From a virus (lineage: Duplodnaviria; Caudoviricetes): 62,434 nucleotides of DNA. The notes under the pieces were generated by a model. It ran no database searches, was not told the DNA's origin, and saw only the letters and a list, made by a program, of their open reading frames with translations. Shown piece after piece: positions 53,663 to 62,434 of this stretch. The stretch's first letter is position 1, and each line of letters begins with the position of its first letter. Position numbers and translations under genes: made by a program. The stretch lies in the IMG/VR virus record IMGVR_UViG_3300036859_000414, positions 1 through 62,434 of that record; one strand, written 5' to 3'.

Positions 53663-54327
53663 TGGCTTTCAGCAGAGTCAGTGTCTTGATCCCGACACGC
53701 AAGCGTCTTGATCGCCTCGGCAGGATGTTGGAGTCCTACGAGGCGACCACGAGAGGCGTAGAGGACAAGTCCGAGCTGGTCTTCCGAGCGGATGAGGATG
53801 ATCCAGAGACTGTCGAGTTCCTGAAGAGCAGAGGGTACTGGGTGGGAGTCGGACCGAGAGAGAACGGCTATCGGAGCCTCCCACTCTTCTTCAACCAGCT
53901 GCTCTCAGGAGCGACGGGCGATGTGCTCATGTGTGGGAACGATGACATGGTCTTCGTCACTCCAGGCTGGGCACCGAAGCTCTTGGCGACAGCGGATCTG
54001 TTCGTGGACGGAGTGTTCGATCTTGGAGTGCGCACACATAACGAGACACACTTTCCGTTCGCATGTGTCTCACGGCGTGTCGCAGACCAGATCGGCTTCC
54101 TCTTCGATCCTCGGATCTTCTGGGGAGACATCTATCTGCGAGACGTGATGGCGCACTTCGGACGGTGCGTCTACGTCCCGGATGTGCAGATCGATCATGA
54201 ATGGATGGGTCACGCACCTGATCCGACATTCCTCGAAGGCGAGAAGGCACGACGCGACTCGCACATGCAGTACCATGCGATTGCAGTGGACGAAGCAGTC
54301 CAGAAAGTGAGGGAGTTACTCCAATGA
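53662..54327 (+). CDS. Glycosyltransferase, GT2/GT-A fold
   Basis: SVLIPTRKR, DEDD, GNDDM, FWGD. Confidence 0.85.
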   Translation: MAFSRVSVLIPTRKRLDRLGRMLESYEATTRGVEDKSELVFRADEDDPETVEFLKSRGYWVGVGPRENGYRSLPLFFNQLLSGATGDVLMCGNDDMVFVTPGWAPKLLATADLFVDGVFDLGVRTHNETHFPFACVSRRVADQIGFLFDPRIFWGDIYLRDVMAHFGRCVYVPDVQIDHEWMGHAPDPTFLEGEKARRDSHMQYHAIAVDEAVQKVRELLQ

Positions 54328-54959
54328 TCCCGGTGTGTGTTCCTGTTCTGAACAGGCACGATCTCTTCGAGCGGCTTCGAGATTCTCTCGAGGCAGGAGA
54401 GGTCAAGCCTCCGCAGATCATCGTCATTGACAATGGTCAGAAGTGGTCGTGGAGACCAAAGGAGGGAACGATTCCGGTCGAGGTCTTTACACCCATGAGA
54501 CCGATGGGTGTGGCTGAGAGCTGGAACTGGTTCATCGATAGAGCGGATAGTGACGTGCTGCTCGCGAACGACGACATCGTCTTCGGACCTCAGTCCTACG
54601 GGACGCTGATCGCACAGCCGTCCTGCTTCGTGAGCTGCCACTACGGGTTCTCGTGCTTTGTGCTCAGGCGTGAGTGCGTGGAGAAAGTCGGACGATTCGA
54701 CGAGACCATCTCTCCCGGCTACGCCTACTACGAGGACCGAGACTACTACAACAGAATGCAGGTTGCGAGGATTCAGGACATCGTCGTGGAGTGTGGAGTC
54801 CTGCACGAGCACAGTGCAACCTTGCAGGTCTACACGCCCTTGCAGATGGAGGAGCATCATAGAAAGTTCGCGATCGCGCACAAGAACTTCTTGAAGAAGT
54901 GGGGAGAGTCGGAGTGGTCACCTTCATTGTCCCGACCGTCGGCCGTCGAAGCCTCGTGA
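54324..54959 (+). CDS. Glycosyltransferase, GT2 fold
   Basis: VPVLNR, VIDNG, SWN, ANDDI, VGRFDE, YYEDRDY. Confidence 0.88.
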   Translation: MIPVCVPVLNRHDLFERLRDSLEAGEVKPPQIIVIDNGQKWSWRPKEGTIPVEVFTPMRPMGVAESWNWFIDRADSDVLLANDDIVFGPQSYGTLIAQPSCFVSCHYGFSCFVLRRECVEKVGRFDETISPGYAYYEDRDYYNRMQVARIQDIVVECGVLHEHSATLQVYTPLQMEEHHRKFAIAHKNFLKKWGESEWSPSLSRPSAVEAS

Positions 54960-55480
54960 GGACACTCGAGAGCATTGAGTGCTGGCCAGGAGATGAGATT
55001 CTCCTTGTGGGAGATGGTGTCTACTCCAACGATCATCGGTGTCGGCATATCCTCGTGAACAGAGGGAACGACTGGGGACACTCGGAACGGAACCATGCGA
55101 TGAAGTTCGTACGAACTCCGTACATGGCCCATATCGACGACGATGACTGGTACGTGCCTGGGTCGAGGGCAGTGATCCAGGATGCCATTCACAAGATGGA
55201 GAAGCCTGCACCCATCCTGTTCCGTATGCAGTTCCCGTGCGGAATCGTGCTCTGGCAGGATAAGGATGTGCGGTGTGGCAACGTCGGGACACCGATGATG
55301 ATCATGCCGAACGAGCAGGAGAAGCTCGGGAAGTTCCTTCCGTTTGTGGGAGGGGACTGGGCCTTTCTCAGCGACTCAAAGTGGAACAAGGAGGACATCG
55401 TCTGGAGAGAAGAAGTCATAGCGCTCTTGGATCATGATCCAGGAGCACCGTCAAGTGCATATGCGTCTGGGAGGGCGTGA
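54914..55480 (+). CDS. Glycosyltransferase, GT2 fold
   Basis: IVPTVGR, LVGDG, GHSERN, IDDDD, GNVGT, GGDW. Confidence 0.85.
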   Translation: MVTFIVPTVGRRSLVRTLESIECWPGDEILLVGDGVYSNDHRCRHILVNRGNDWGHSERNHAMKFVRTPYMAHIDDDDWYVPGSRAVIQDAIHKMEKPAPILFRMQFPCGIVLWQDKDVRCGNVGTPMMIMPNEQEKLGKFLPFVGGDWAFLSDSKWNKEDIVWREEVIALLDHDPGAPSSAYASGRA

Positions 55481-55481
55481 T

Positions 55482-56651
55482 ATGAGAAAGAAACTGCTGT
55501 GGGTGGGAGACGCAGGAGTCCCAAGTGGGTTCGCGAAAGCGACTCACAATATCCTGCACTACGTGATGCGAGAGTACGACGTGACGGTCCTCGGGATCAA
55601 CTACCGAGGAGACCCACATGCGTACCCGTACGACATCTTCGCTGCGGCGCCAGGTGGAGACTTTCTGGGAGTCGGACGGCTTATTTGGATGTGTGATGCG
55701 GTCAAGCCGGACGTGGTCGTCATCCAGAACGATCCATGGCTCCTACCGCTGTACCTCAAGAAGCTGAAGAGCATCAAGGAGTACGCGAAGATCCCCGTCG
55801 TCGCTGCGTGTGCTGTCGATGGGAAAGGTCTCGAGTTCAAGCCGATGAACGGATTCGACCTTGCGATCTTCTGGACCCAGTTCGGCCTCGATGAGAGCAG
55901 AGCTGGAGGCTACGAGGGTGCGGCCTGTGTCATTCCGCTTGGTGTCGATACGAAGGTCTTCCACCCGATGGACAAAAAGGAAGCCAAGAACAAGAGGCTT
56001 CCAACCCTCGTCGACAACTTCATCGTTGGCAACGTGAACCGTAACCAAAGCAGGAAGCGCTTAGATCTTACGATAAAGTGCTTCTGCGAGTGGGTGAAGG
56101 ACACGAGGAACCATGATGCGCAGCTCTATCTGCACGTTGCGCCGACGGGTGATACGGGTGTCGATGTCGTCCGGCTTATGCGGTACTACGGGCTGCTCGA
56201 TCGACTTGCTCTTGTGCAGCCGGACACGTGGTACGGTATCACGGAAGAGGAGATGTGCCTCACGTACAACTGCTTCGATCTGCAGGTCACGACGTCGATC
56301 GGAGAAGGCTTCGGCCTTACGACGTTCGAAGGAGCAGCGTGCGAGGTCGCACAGATCCTTCCGAAGCACTCGGCTCTGCTGGAGTACTTCGAAGGCGCGG
56401 CGTGGCTTGTGGACTGCTCGTCCACGATGGTCCTCGATCCGAACAGCGCGATCGGAGGAGTGATCGACGAGCACAAGTTCATGAGCGCACTGGACGCCAT
56501 GTACAAGAATCCACGGTACATCGAGAACAATGGACAGGCTGCCAGAGAGCGTGCTGCTCAGACACGCTTTACCTGGGAGCACGTTGGTCAGATGTACCTC
56601 GACGCGCTGAAAGGCGTGTTCGAGCGAAAGGAAGAGGTCGTAGGAGCCTAA
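55482..56651 (+). CDS. Glycosyltransferase, GT4/GT-B fold
   Basis: SGFA, IPLGVD, NRNQSRKRLD, GEGFGLTTFEGAAC. Confidence 0.9.
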   Translation: MRKKLLWVGDAGVPSGFAKATHNILHYVMREYDVTVLGINYRGDPHAYPYDIFAAAPGGDFLGVGRLIWMCDAVKPDVVVIQNDPWLLPLYLKKLKSIKEYAKIPVVAACAVDGKGLEFKPMNGFDLAIFWTQFGLDESRAGGYEGAACVIPLGVDTKVFHPMDKKEAKNKRLPTLVDNFIVGNVNRNQSRKRLDLTIKCFCEWVKDTRNHDAQLYLHVAPTGDTGVDVVRLMRYYGLLDRLALVQPDTWYGITEEEMCLTYNCFDLQVTTSIGEGFGLTTFEGAACEVAQILPKHSALLEYFEGAAWLVDCSSTMVLDPNSAIGGVIDEHKFMSALDAMYKNPRYIENNGQAARERAAQTRFTWEHVGQMYLDALKGVFERKEEVVGA

Positions 56652-56652
56652 G

Positions 56653-57069
56653 ATGATCAAGGGGTCGATGGGCGGCGCAGACCAGGTAGTCTCGACGATC
56701 AAAAAGATCGCTGGCAAGTTTCCTGACCGAGTGGCGAAAGCCATCTATCAGGAAGCCCAGATCGAGATGACGGAAGCCAAGCGTCGTACCCCTGTCTCTC
56801 CTACTCCTGCACCGAAGGGAGTCGTTCCTGGTGCTCTACGAGCAAGTGGTACTGTGCATGAACCTCGACGCTCTGGGAACGACATTCACGTGCAGATGTC
56901 CTTCGGAAACTCTTCTATCGACTACGCAATCGTGCAGCACGAGAATCTGGACTACCATCACACCACAGGACAAGCAAAGTACCTCGAGAGCGTACTGAAC
57001 GAGTCCAGACCACACATGGCAGCACGAATCGCAAAACGCATCTCTCTCAACAATCCGGACGCGAAGTAA
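56653..57069 (+). CDS. Tail completion protein (HK97 gp10-like)
   Basis: AKRRTPV...GALRASG, YAIVQHE, AKYLE. Confidence 0.85.
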   Translation: MIKGSMGGADQVVSTIKKIAGKFPDRVAKAIYQEAQIEMTEAKRRTPVSPTPAPKGVVPGALRASGTVHEPRRSGNDIHVQMSFGNSSIDYAIVQHENLDYHHTTGQAKYLESVLNESRPHMAARIAKRISLNNPDAK

Positions 57070-57474
57070 ATGCCTATCCTCGACGAGATCAAAGCAAGGC
57101 TGGTTGCGCAAGCTGTGCTTCCTGACGCCTCGATCCTGAAGACGGGGAGAGCCGTGATCCCTCCAGGCGATGGTCCGTACATCAGTCTGGTAGAGACAGG
57201 CGGGACAGGCGCTGCAAGGACACAGAACGACACAGCGACCGAGCGTCCATCGGTGTCCATAACTTCTCGAGCGAAGACTGCTCAGGCCGCTCGAGCTGCT
57301 CTCAAAGCTGCGTACGATGCCTTGGGAGGTGCTAACGGGCTGACGAATGTCACACTGAGCGGAACGTTCTATCTGAGCATCACAGCAACACAAAACATCA
57401 CCGACATCGGAGAAGACGCGGCAGGAAGATTGATGTACGTCTTCAACATCGGTACGGAGAAGCAACCTTCGTAG
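57070..57474 (+). CDS. Tail terminator (putative)
   Basis: ETGG...ERPSVSI..RA; position before the tail tube gene. Confidence 0.75.
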   Translation: MPILDEIKARLVAQAVLPDASILKTGRAVIPPGDGPYISLVETGGTGAARTQNDTATERPSVSITSRAKTAQAARAALKAAYDALGGANGLTNVTLSGTFYLSITATQNITDIGEDAAGRLMYVFNIGTEKQPS

Positions 57475-57489
57475 AGGAGAGACACAGAC

Positions 57490-57933
57490 ATGACAATCGC
57501 AATCAGTTCACACGGAACAAAGGTTTCTCGAGCTCCGAGTGCTACTCCGACCACGTTCACGGAGATCGCTGAGCTGGGAGACTTGAAGCTACCCGAGCTC
57601 ATGCGCAATGAGTTCGACGCGTCGGTGCACAACAGGAACATCGACGACTACGTGCTGGGGATCATGAGAAGGAATGCCTTCTCCTTTCCCTTGAACTTCT
57701 TGCCGACGAACGCCACGCACGACCATCTGACTGGTCTGTACAAGGCGCTCATCGACAACTCGATCGACGGCTACAAAATCGTCTTTCCGGACGTGGCGCT
57801 GACGGAATGGATCCTCAGCGGCCAGGTCCAGACGATCGCACCGACAGCACCAGTGGATGGGAAGCTGAGTGCGGATGTCACCATTCGCTTCAGCGGTCCG
57901 ATGGTCGTCGGAGGTGTGGTGGTCGGTCTCTAG
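57490..57933 (+). CDS. Major tail tube protein
   Basis: FTEIAEL, LNFLP, YKIVFPD, APVDGKLSADVTIRFSG. Confidence 0.85.
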   Translation: MTIAISSHGTKVSRAPSATPTTFTEIAELGDLKLPELMRNEFDASVHNRNIDDYVLGIMRRNAFSFPLNFLPTNATHDHLTGLYKALIDNSIDGYKIVFPDVALTEWILSGQVQTIAPTAPVDGKLSADVTIRFSGPMVVGGVVVGL

Positions 57934-57940
57934 AGCTGCC

Positions 57941-58030
57941 CTCCCACAGCAGCCAGGAGAGGTAGGTCTGCCGGTCTCAGACCTCTTCTGGGCACGATTC
58001 GTGAGACCGGCGCATTCACTCTGTGGGAGG
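57941..58030 (+). promoter_or_regulatory. Structured intergenic element (pseudoknot candidate) covering the tail-chaperone RBS
   Basis: Helices 57941-49/58021-29, 57953-63/57981-91 and 57970-79/58002-11. Confidence 0.55.
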
Positions 58031-58039
58031 AGAAGAGAG

Positions 58040-58444
58040 ATGACAACGACGTTGAATGAGGTGCCTGTGGTTGCGAAGTCCAAGGTAGTCAGCCGGAACG
58101 AGTTCCTCGCGGAGGATACCACGTTCTACAAGAAGATTCCTGGCTTCAAGCCGGACACGCTCTTCTGTCTGAGGAGTGTCTCTGCCGGTGCGATCATCGA
58201 GTGGCAGGAGGCGAACGAGGAGGCGAAGAGGACTGCAGGGCTTCGTCTGATCATTGCTGCGCTGGTTGATGGAGAGCCGGGTGTGGACGAGGGTGCGAGC
58301 GGCATGCCTCTCCTGACCGACAAGGATCTGCCGATGCTGCGGAGCAAGGCGCACAAGATCACCGAGGGCATCGTGAAGGAGATCATCGACATGAACGCCA
58401 TGCAGGTCGTCGGCGCGAAGAAGGAGGAGTCAAAAAACTCCTAA
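58040..58444 (+). CDS. Tail assembly chaperone (G)
   Basis: Between tail tube and TMP; ends TCA AAA AAC TCC TAA. Confidence 0.85.
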   Translation: MTTTLNEVPVVAKSKVVSRNEFLAEDTTFYKKIPGFKPDTLFCLRSVSAGAIIEWQEANEEAKRTAGLRLIIAALVDGEPGVDEGASGMPLLTDKDLPMLRSKAHKITEGIVKEIIDMNAMQVVGAKKEESKNS

Positions 58445-58824
58445 GGCGGAGTCCTTTACGACGTCTCGCTCACCGGCTTGCTGAAATGGCGGGTGAGTGG
58501 GACGTCGATGGGATGCTCCGCCAAATGCCGATGCAGAAGCTCTTGAGCTGGATGGCGTACTGGGAACTACAGGAGGAAGAGCAAGGGACTCCAGAGTCGT
58601 TGAGAGCGGATTACCGCGCTGCTTCGATTCGAAAGACCATTGCGGATGTCTTCCGAGGCCAGAACAAGGCGCCGTATCCGCTGGAGAACTTTCGGCTGAA
58701 GTTTGACAAGGAAGTAGAGGCGAAGACTCCTCTCACTCCAGAGGAGAAGGTTAGTCAGAACGTTGCGATAGCCCACATCATCGCGATGGCACATAATACC
58801 AGTCTGAAAGAGACGGTGCACTAG
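58432..58824 (+). CDS. Tail assembly chaperone -1 frameshift extension (GT)
   Basis: Slippery A AAA AAC at 58432-58438; the -1 frame reads LLRRSPLRRLAHRLAEMAGEWDVDGML...WMAYWE. Confidence 0.8.
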   Translation, partial: KKLLRRSPLRRLAHRLAEMAGEWDVDGMLRQMPMQKLLSWMAYWELQEEEQGTPESLRADYRAASIRKTIADVFRGQNKAPYPLENFRLKFDKEVEAKTPLTPEEKVSQNVAIAHIIAMAHNTSLKETVH

Positions 58825-61706
58825 TGGATATCGGAACCCTTACAGGCCACATTGCCATCGAGGATCAGCTTACTGGCAAGCTGACTCAGATGGCCTTTCA
58901 GGTCAAGCAGTTCGCCCATGATGTCGATGGAGCCTTTGGCGCCATGGCTATTGGCGCGACTGCTGTCGTTGCTGCCTTCGCGAGTGTGGCGACTGGCATT
59001 GTGGCACTGGGCAGTAAGGGTTCTACGATCCTCGGAGTAGAGAATGCATTCAATCGACTGGCGAAAGCTGCTGGGTCGACAGGGGATGCGCTCATAGAGG
59101 GATTGGACAAAGGTCTGCGAAGCACCGTCGACTCCATGGAGGAGATGCAGGCAGTTTCGAATGCCATGACTGCGGGAGTGAGACTCTCTGCGGATGACCT
59201 CGAGCTGATGGGTAAGGCTGCGAGAGAGATGGGAAAGGCGACAGGCACCGATGCCACGCAAGGCTTGGAGACCTTGTCGACAGCGTTGACGACGGGAAGG
59301 ACACGAGCTCTTGCCATGGCAGGAATCGTAGTCGACCTGTCCACAGCAGAGCAGGACTACGCAGACAGTTTGGGCATCTCGGCTTCGCAGCTCACGGAGA
59401 ACCAGAAGCTCGAAGCGAAGAGAATTCAGATTCTCCAGGCGACTCAGGAGTACGTCGATCGGCTCGGTGATTCCCAGCTCTCGTTGAAGGAACGAGTGCA
59501 ACAGGTCGGAGTCGCTATCGGCAACTGGTTCGATGATCTAGCGAAAGGCATCGCACAGAGCCCTGCTGTCATTGAGGCCTTCGATACCATTCGAGATGCA
59601 ATGCAGGAGACCTTTGGAGAGTCGTCTCAGAGCCTCCTGAAGACCATCCTCGGCTGGGTGGACCAGTTCGCGAATGCCGTTACGGCGTACGGACCGACGG
59701 TTATAAAAGTCTTTGGTGGCATCTACGACTCCATTCGAGGGATCTGGACCACGGTAACCGAAGCCTGGAACACAATACCGGACTGGCTTAAGGCGATTGG
59801 ACGAGACGCTATCCTCGCAGGAGGAGCTCTACTCGTCGCAGGAAAGTCTCTAGGCACTCTCACCACTGTCATGGAGAAAGTGACAGGAGAGGAGATGACT
59901 GGAGGAGTGCGGAGTCTCGTAGGAGACTGGGGAGGTCTATCTTCCGCATTGGCTACTACTACTACTACGATCAGGAATCTGCCTGATGCCTTCGCGAAGG
60001 TAGGGGAAGGTATTTCGACTGCTCGAAAGAGCATCAACGCTCTTGCTGACGGTTTCGTAGCTGCGGCAGGTTCTTCTGCAACTTTCTTCGCACAGTTGGG
60101 AACCGGACTCGTAGTAGCTGCGTCTGTTGTAGCCGTGGGCACGGCAGGATACCAAGCGTGGAAGCTGTGGGGAGAGAGTGCTGAGAGAGCTGCAGCGGCT
60201 GAGCGTCAGGTCGAGTACGACACGGCGAATCTTGCACGCATCAACGAGAAGCTTGGCACGACGTACAACAACCTCGACGACGCAGTCGTTGCTGCAAGAG
60301 AGAAGCTTGGCGAGATGCAGGCAGAGACCGTGCAGCTTACCGAGGCTGAGAAGGCTGCCATGGAGGCTGCGAGACAGCACGAAGAAGCTGTTTCGAAGCT
60401 CTACGGTTCGTACGCGGATGCTGCTGCGAAGGTGGACCTTACTACAGAGGTCTTCGAGCGTCTCACAGGCGTCCAGAAGCTGAACTACGACGTACAGAAG
60501 CAGCTCATCGCTGCCTTTGACGAGCGGATCGAACGAGGCGGGCAGCTCACGGAGAAGGAGAAGGACTACTACGAAGCAGTGCTCATCAGCAACAAGAACC
60601 TCGACGACTCGCGCGTGAAGATGCTCGAGAAGAATAAGGTTACGCTCGAGCACATCCAATCCTTGAAGGCGATGGGCTTCTCGGAAGCCGAGATCGCGAT
60701 GAAGCTTGGCACGACAACGAAGGCTCTCAAGGACTACGAGTCTCAGCTCTCCTCGCTCGACAGGCTCCAGAAGCAGTACAACGACCAGCAAGCGAAGCTG
60801 AGCATGACGTCGCACGAGTACGCTGTGCGAGGGTATCAGCTTGAGTACGAGGAAGCCGTGAAGGCCCTCGACAAGACCTCTCTGTACTACCAGCAAACAG
60901 CAGACAAGCTCGCTGCGATCCGCAACGCGAAGATCGCTGCAGAAGGCTCCTCGTGGTCTACGATCGCAGAGCAGTCGAGAGAAGCCTTGCAGGCTCAGGC
61001 TGACGCAGCTCTCGAGGACTACAAGCGGATGCAGTACAGCGGTCTCACGTTCATGCACGAAGTGCTCGACGCGCAGCTCAAGAAGTACAGAGACCTCCAG
61101 GAGGCGACTCAGAACTGGGGCGGCGAGACCGAGAAGAAGGTCGAGGACATCACACAAAAAGTCACGATCCTCACTGGTGCCTGGGCGTCCTACAACAGCG
61201 GTCTGAATGAGTCCATCACCAAGGTCCAGACGTTGCACGGTGAGATCATCAGCCTTGCAGAAGCAGAGAGACGTCGTACCAGTGGCGGCTCGATGACGTA
61301 TGATCTTTCGACCGAACAGGGGATTCAAGAGTACTTCCAGCAGAACACGGCGGCACGCACGAACCTGACCAACCAGCAGATCATGGCAAGGGTAGAGAAG
61401 GGAGCCACTCTCGAAGACCTCGTAAAGTCTGGAGCCATCAATCCTTACGGTGGGTTCGGCAGTGGTTTGAACATCCCTGGTGCTGCATCGGGTGGTCTCG
61501 TTCGTGTAGGAGAGGACGGTCCCGAGATCGTCCAACTGCCTGGAGGTGCACAGGTCTATCCGACAGGCACCGGTCCTGGTGGTGGAGGTCCGACTGTCGT
61601 TGTGAACATCGGGCCTGTGAATGGAACAGCAGACCAGCTGGTCCAGGTAGTGAAATCTCGTCTGATGCGAGAGCTGAAGACGATCCGTCAATTCCCGTCG
61701 TCGTAG
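58824..61706 (+). CDS. Tape measure protein
   Basis: 960 aa, Ala-rich and helical; C-terminal ASGG...VGEDGPE. Confidence 0.92.
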   Translation: MDIGTLTGHIAIEDQLTGKLTQMAFQVKQFAHDVDGAFGAMAIGATAVVAAFASVATGIVALGSKGSTILGVENAFNRLAKAAGSTGDALIEGLDKGLRSTVDSMEEMQAVSNAMTAGVRLSADDLELMGKAAREMGKATGTDATQGLETLSTALTTGRTRALAMAGIVVDLSTAEQDYADSLGISASQLTENQKLEAKRIQILQATQEYVDRLGDSQLSLKERVQQVGVAIGNWFDDLAKGIAQSPAVIEAFDTIRDAMQETFGESSQSLLKTILGWVDQFANAVTAYGPTVIKVFGGIYDSIRGIWTTVTEAWNTIPDWLKAIGRDAILAGGALLVAGKSLGTLTTVMEKVTGEEMTGGVRSLVGDWGGLSSALATTTTTIRNLPDAFAKVGEGISTARKSINALADGFVAAAGSSATFFAQLGTGLVVAASVVAVGTAGYQAWKLWGESAERAAAAERQVEYDTANLARINEKLGTTYNNLDDAVVAAREKLGEMQAETVQLTEAEKAAMEAARQHEEAVSKLYGSYADAAAKVDLTTEVFERLTGVQKLNYDVQKQLIAAFDERIERGGQLTEKEKDYYEAVLISNKNLDDSRVKMLEKNKVTLEHIQSLKAMGFSEAEIAMKLGTTTKALKDYESQLSSLDRLQKQYNDQQAKLSMTSHEYAVRGYQLEYEEAVKALDKTSLYYQQTADKLAAIRNAKIAAEGSSWSTIAEQSREALQAQADAALEDYKRMQYSGLTFMHEVLDAQLKKYRDLQEATQNWGGETEKKVEDITQKVTILTGAWASYNSGLNESITKVQTLHGEIISLAEAERRRTSGGSMTYDLSTEQGIQEYFQQNTAARTNLTNQQIMARVEKGATLEDLVKSGAINPYGGFGSGLNIPGAASGGLVRVGEDGPEIVQLPGGAQVYPTGTGPGGGGPTVVVNIGPVNGTADQLVQVVKSRLMRELKTIRQFPSS

Positions 61707-61715
61707 GAGGATGAC

Positions 61716-62270
61716 ATGAGTCTTCAGTCTTGGCAGGAAACCCTCATCAGTACACAGGTTGATGGCAGTGCGCTTACAGCAGCTGCAGCGGCCACGTGCA
61801 TTCCGGCAGCAGCGAAGTACACCTTCCCTGCGAACTACTTCTCTATCGGCAAGCAACTACTCATCAAGGCTCATGGCAGGATCTCGAGCGTCATCACGAC
61901 GCCTGGTACAGCGAGGTACGATCTGAGGCTCGGTGGCACGGTGGTGTTCGATAGCCTCGCTATCCTCTTGGACACCGCAGCAGGTGCCACGAACGTGAAC
62001 TGGTACCTCGAGATGCTCTTGACCTGCAGAGCGATCGGTGCAGCAGCGAACTTCATGGGAGCAGGTACGTGGACGGCGTACAATATCCTCGGAACACCTG
62101 CCACGCCGCCGAAGGGCTCTCTCACTGCGAACCTTCCGTGGAACAGTGCTCCTGCCGTCGGCAGCAACGTCGACAGCACGACTTCTCTCCAGCTCGACAT
62201 GTTCTTCACGCAGACTGTGGCGACGGGCTCTATGACGCTGCACCAGTACAGCGTCTGGTCGTTGAACTAG
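61716..62270 (+). CDS. Minor tail / distal tail protein
   Basis: AGGAGG RBS; beta-rich; follows TMP. Confidence 0.65.
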   Translation: MSLQSWQETLISTQVDGSALTAAAAATCIPAAAKYTFPANYFSIGKQLLIKAHGRISSVITTPGTARYDLRLGGTVVFDSLAILLDTAAGATNVNWYLEMLLTCRAIGAAANFMGAGTWTAYNILGTPATPPKGSLTANLPWNSAPAVGSNVDSTTSLQLDMFFTQTVATGSMTLHQYSVWSLN

Positions 62271-62283
62271 AGTAGGAGCCGCC

Positions 62284-62434
62284 GTGCCTTCAGGAGCTTT
62301 TAACAAAGGTCCTCTCGAGTTCGGACCAGGTCGACGTCCGGTTCTCGTCGATACGAGGCCGCAGATCAAGTCTGTCACTCCGTCCATCGCGAGGTCTACT
62401 GGAGGCACGGCTCTTACTATCACTGGCTACGAGT
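62284..62434 (+). CDS. 5' end of the large tail protein (continues at position 1)
   Basis: AGGAG RBS, GTG start, PQIKSVTPSIARSTGGTALTITGYE begins an IPT repeat; no stop codon. Confidence 0.8.
   Translation, partial: MPSGAFNKGPLEFGPGRRPVLVDTRPQIKSVTPSIARSTGGTALTITGYE

Noticed and set aside
58432-58438. Tail chaperone -1 frameshift as a novelty
   Set aside because: It is the well-known G/GT mechanism of long-tailed phages, so it is listed as a feature only.
59953-59969. CTA/ACT trinucleotide run
   Set aside because: It encodes a poly-Thr tract in frame within the tape measure protein.
40901-61856. Long antisense ORFs (40901-42472, 46053-47771, 51872-53089, 59937-61856)
   Set aside because: They are shadows of high-GC coding genes on the opposite strand, with no motifs or RBS.
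1-62434. Integrase, reverse transcriptase/DGR, tRNA genes, QueC
   Set aside because: No diagnostic motifs were recognised; absence is by inspection only.

Overview
The window is an apparently complete, circularly permuted genome of a tailed dsDNA phage (about 62.4 kb, high GC, siphovirus-like tail module). No integrase, tRNA or CRISPR array was seen. The last 151 nt join positions 1-2 in frame to rebuild the N-terminus of the large tail protein. The plus strand carries the late arm (37.5-62.4 kb, continuing into 1-5.7 kb): terminase, portal, MuF-like protein, protease/scaffold, capsid, neck, tail and lysis genes. The minus strand carries the early/replication arm (5.7-37.1 kb): ligase, DUF3987 helicase-like protein, UDG-fused PolA, Sak4-like ATPase, SSB, PD-(D/E)XK nuclease and many small ORFs. 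Five features stand out. (1) A cassette of five glycosyltransferases, a SAM methyltransferase and a B12-dependent radical SAM enzyme sits inside the neck operon and is a candidate system for decorating the virion with modified glycans. (2) A 7-deazaguanine DNA-modification set (FolE, QueD, QueE, DpdL-like, TGT/DpdA-like, no QueC) lies with dNTP-pool enzymes. (3) A roughly 700-nt highly base-paired non-coding RNA candidate and a family of related leader hairpins lie in the early arm. (4) An Acb1-like 2H phosphoesterase is fused to the MuF head protein, among recurring putative protease-cleavage motifs. (5) A cryptic -1 frameshift appears to add an Ig-like domain to a secreted protein. All assignments come from motif recognition by eye; no database searches were run.
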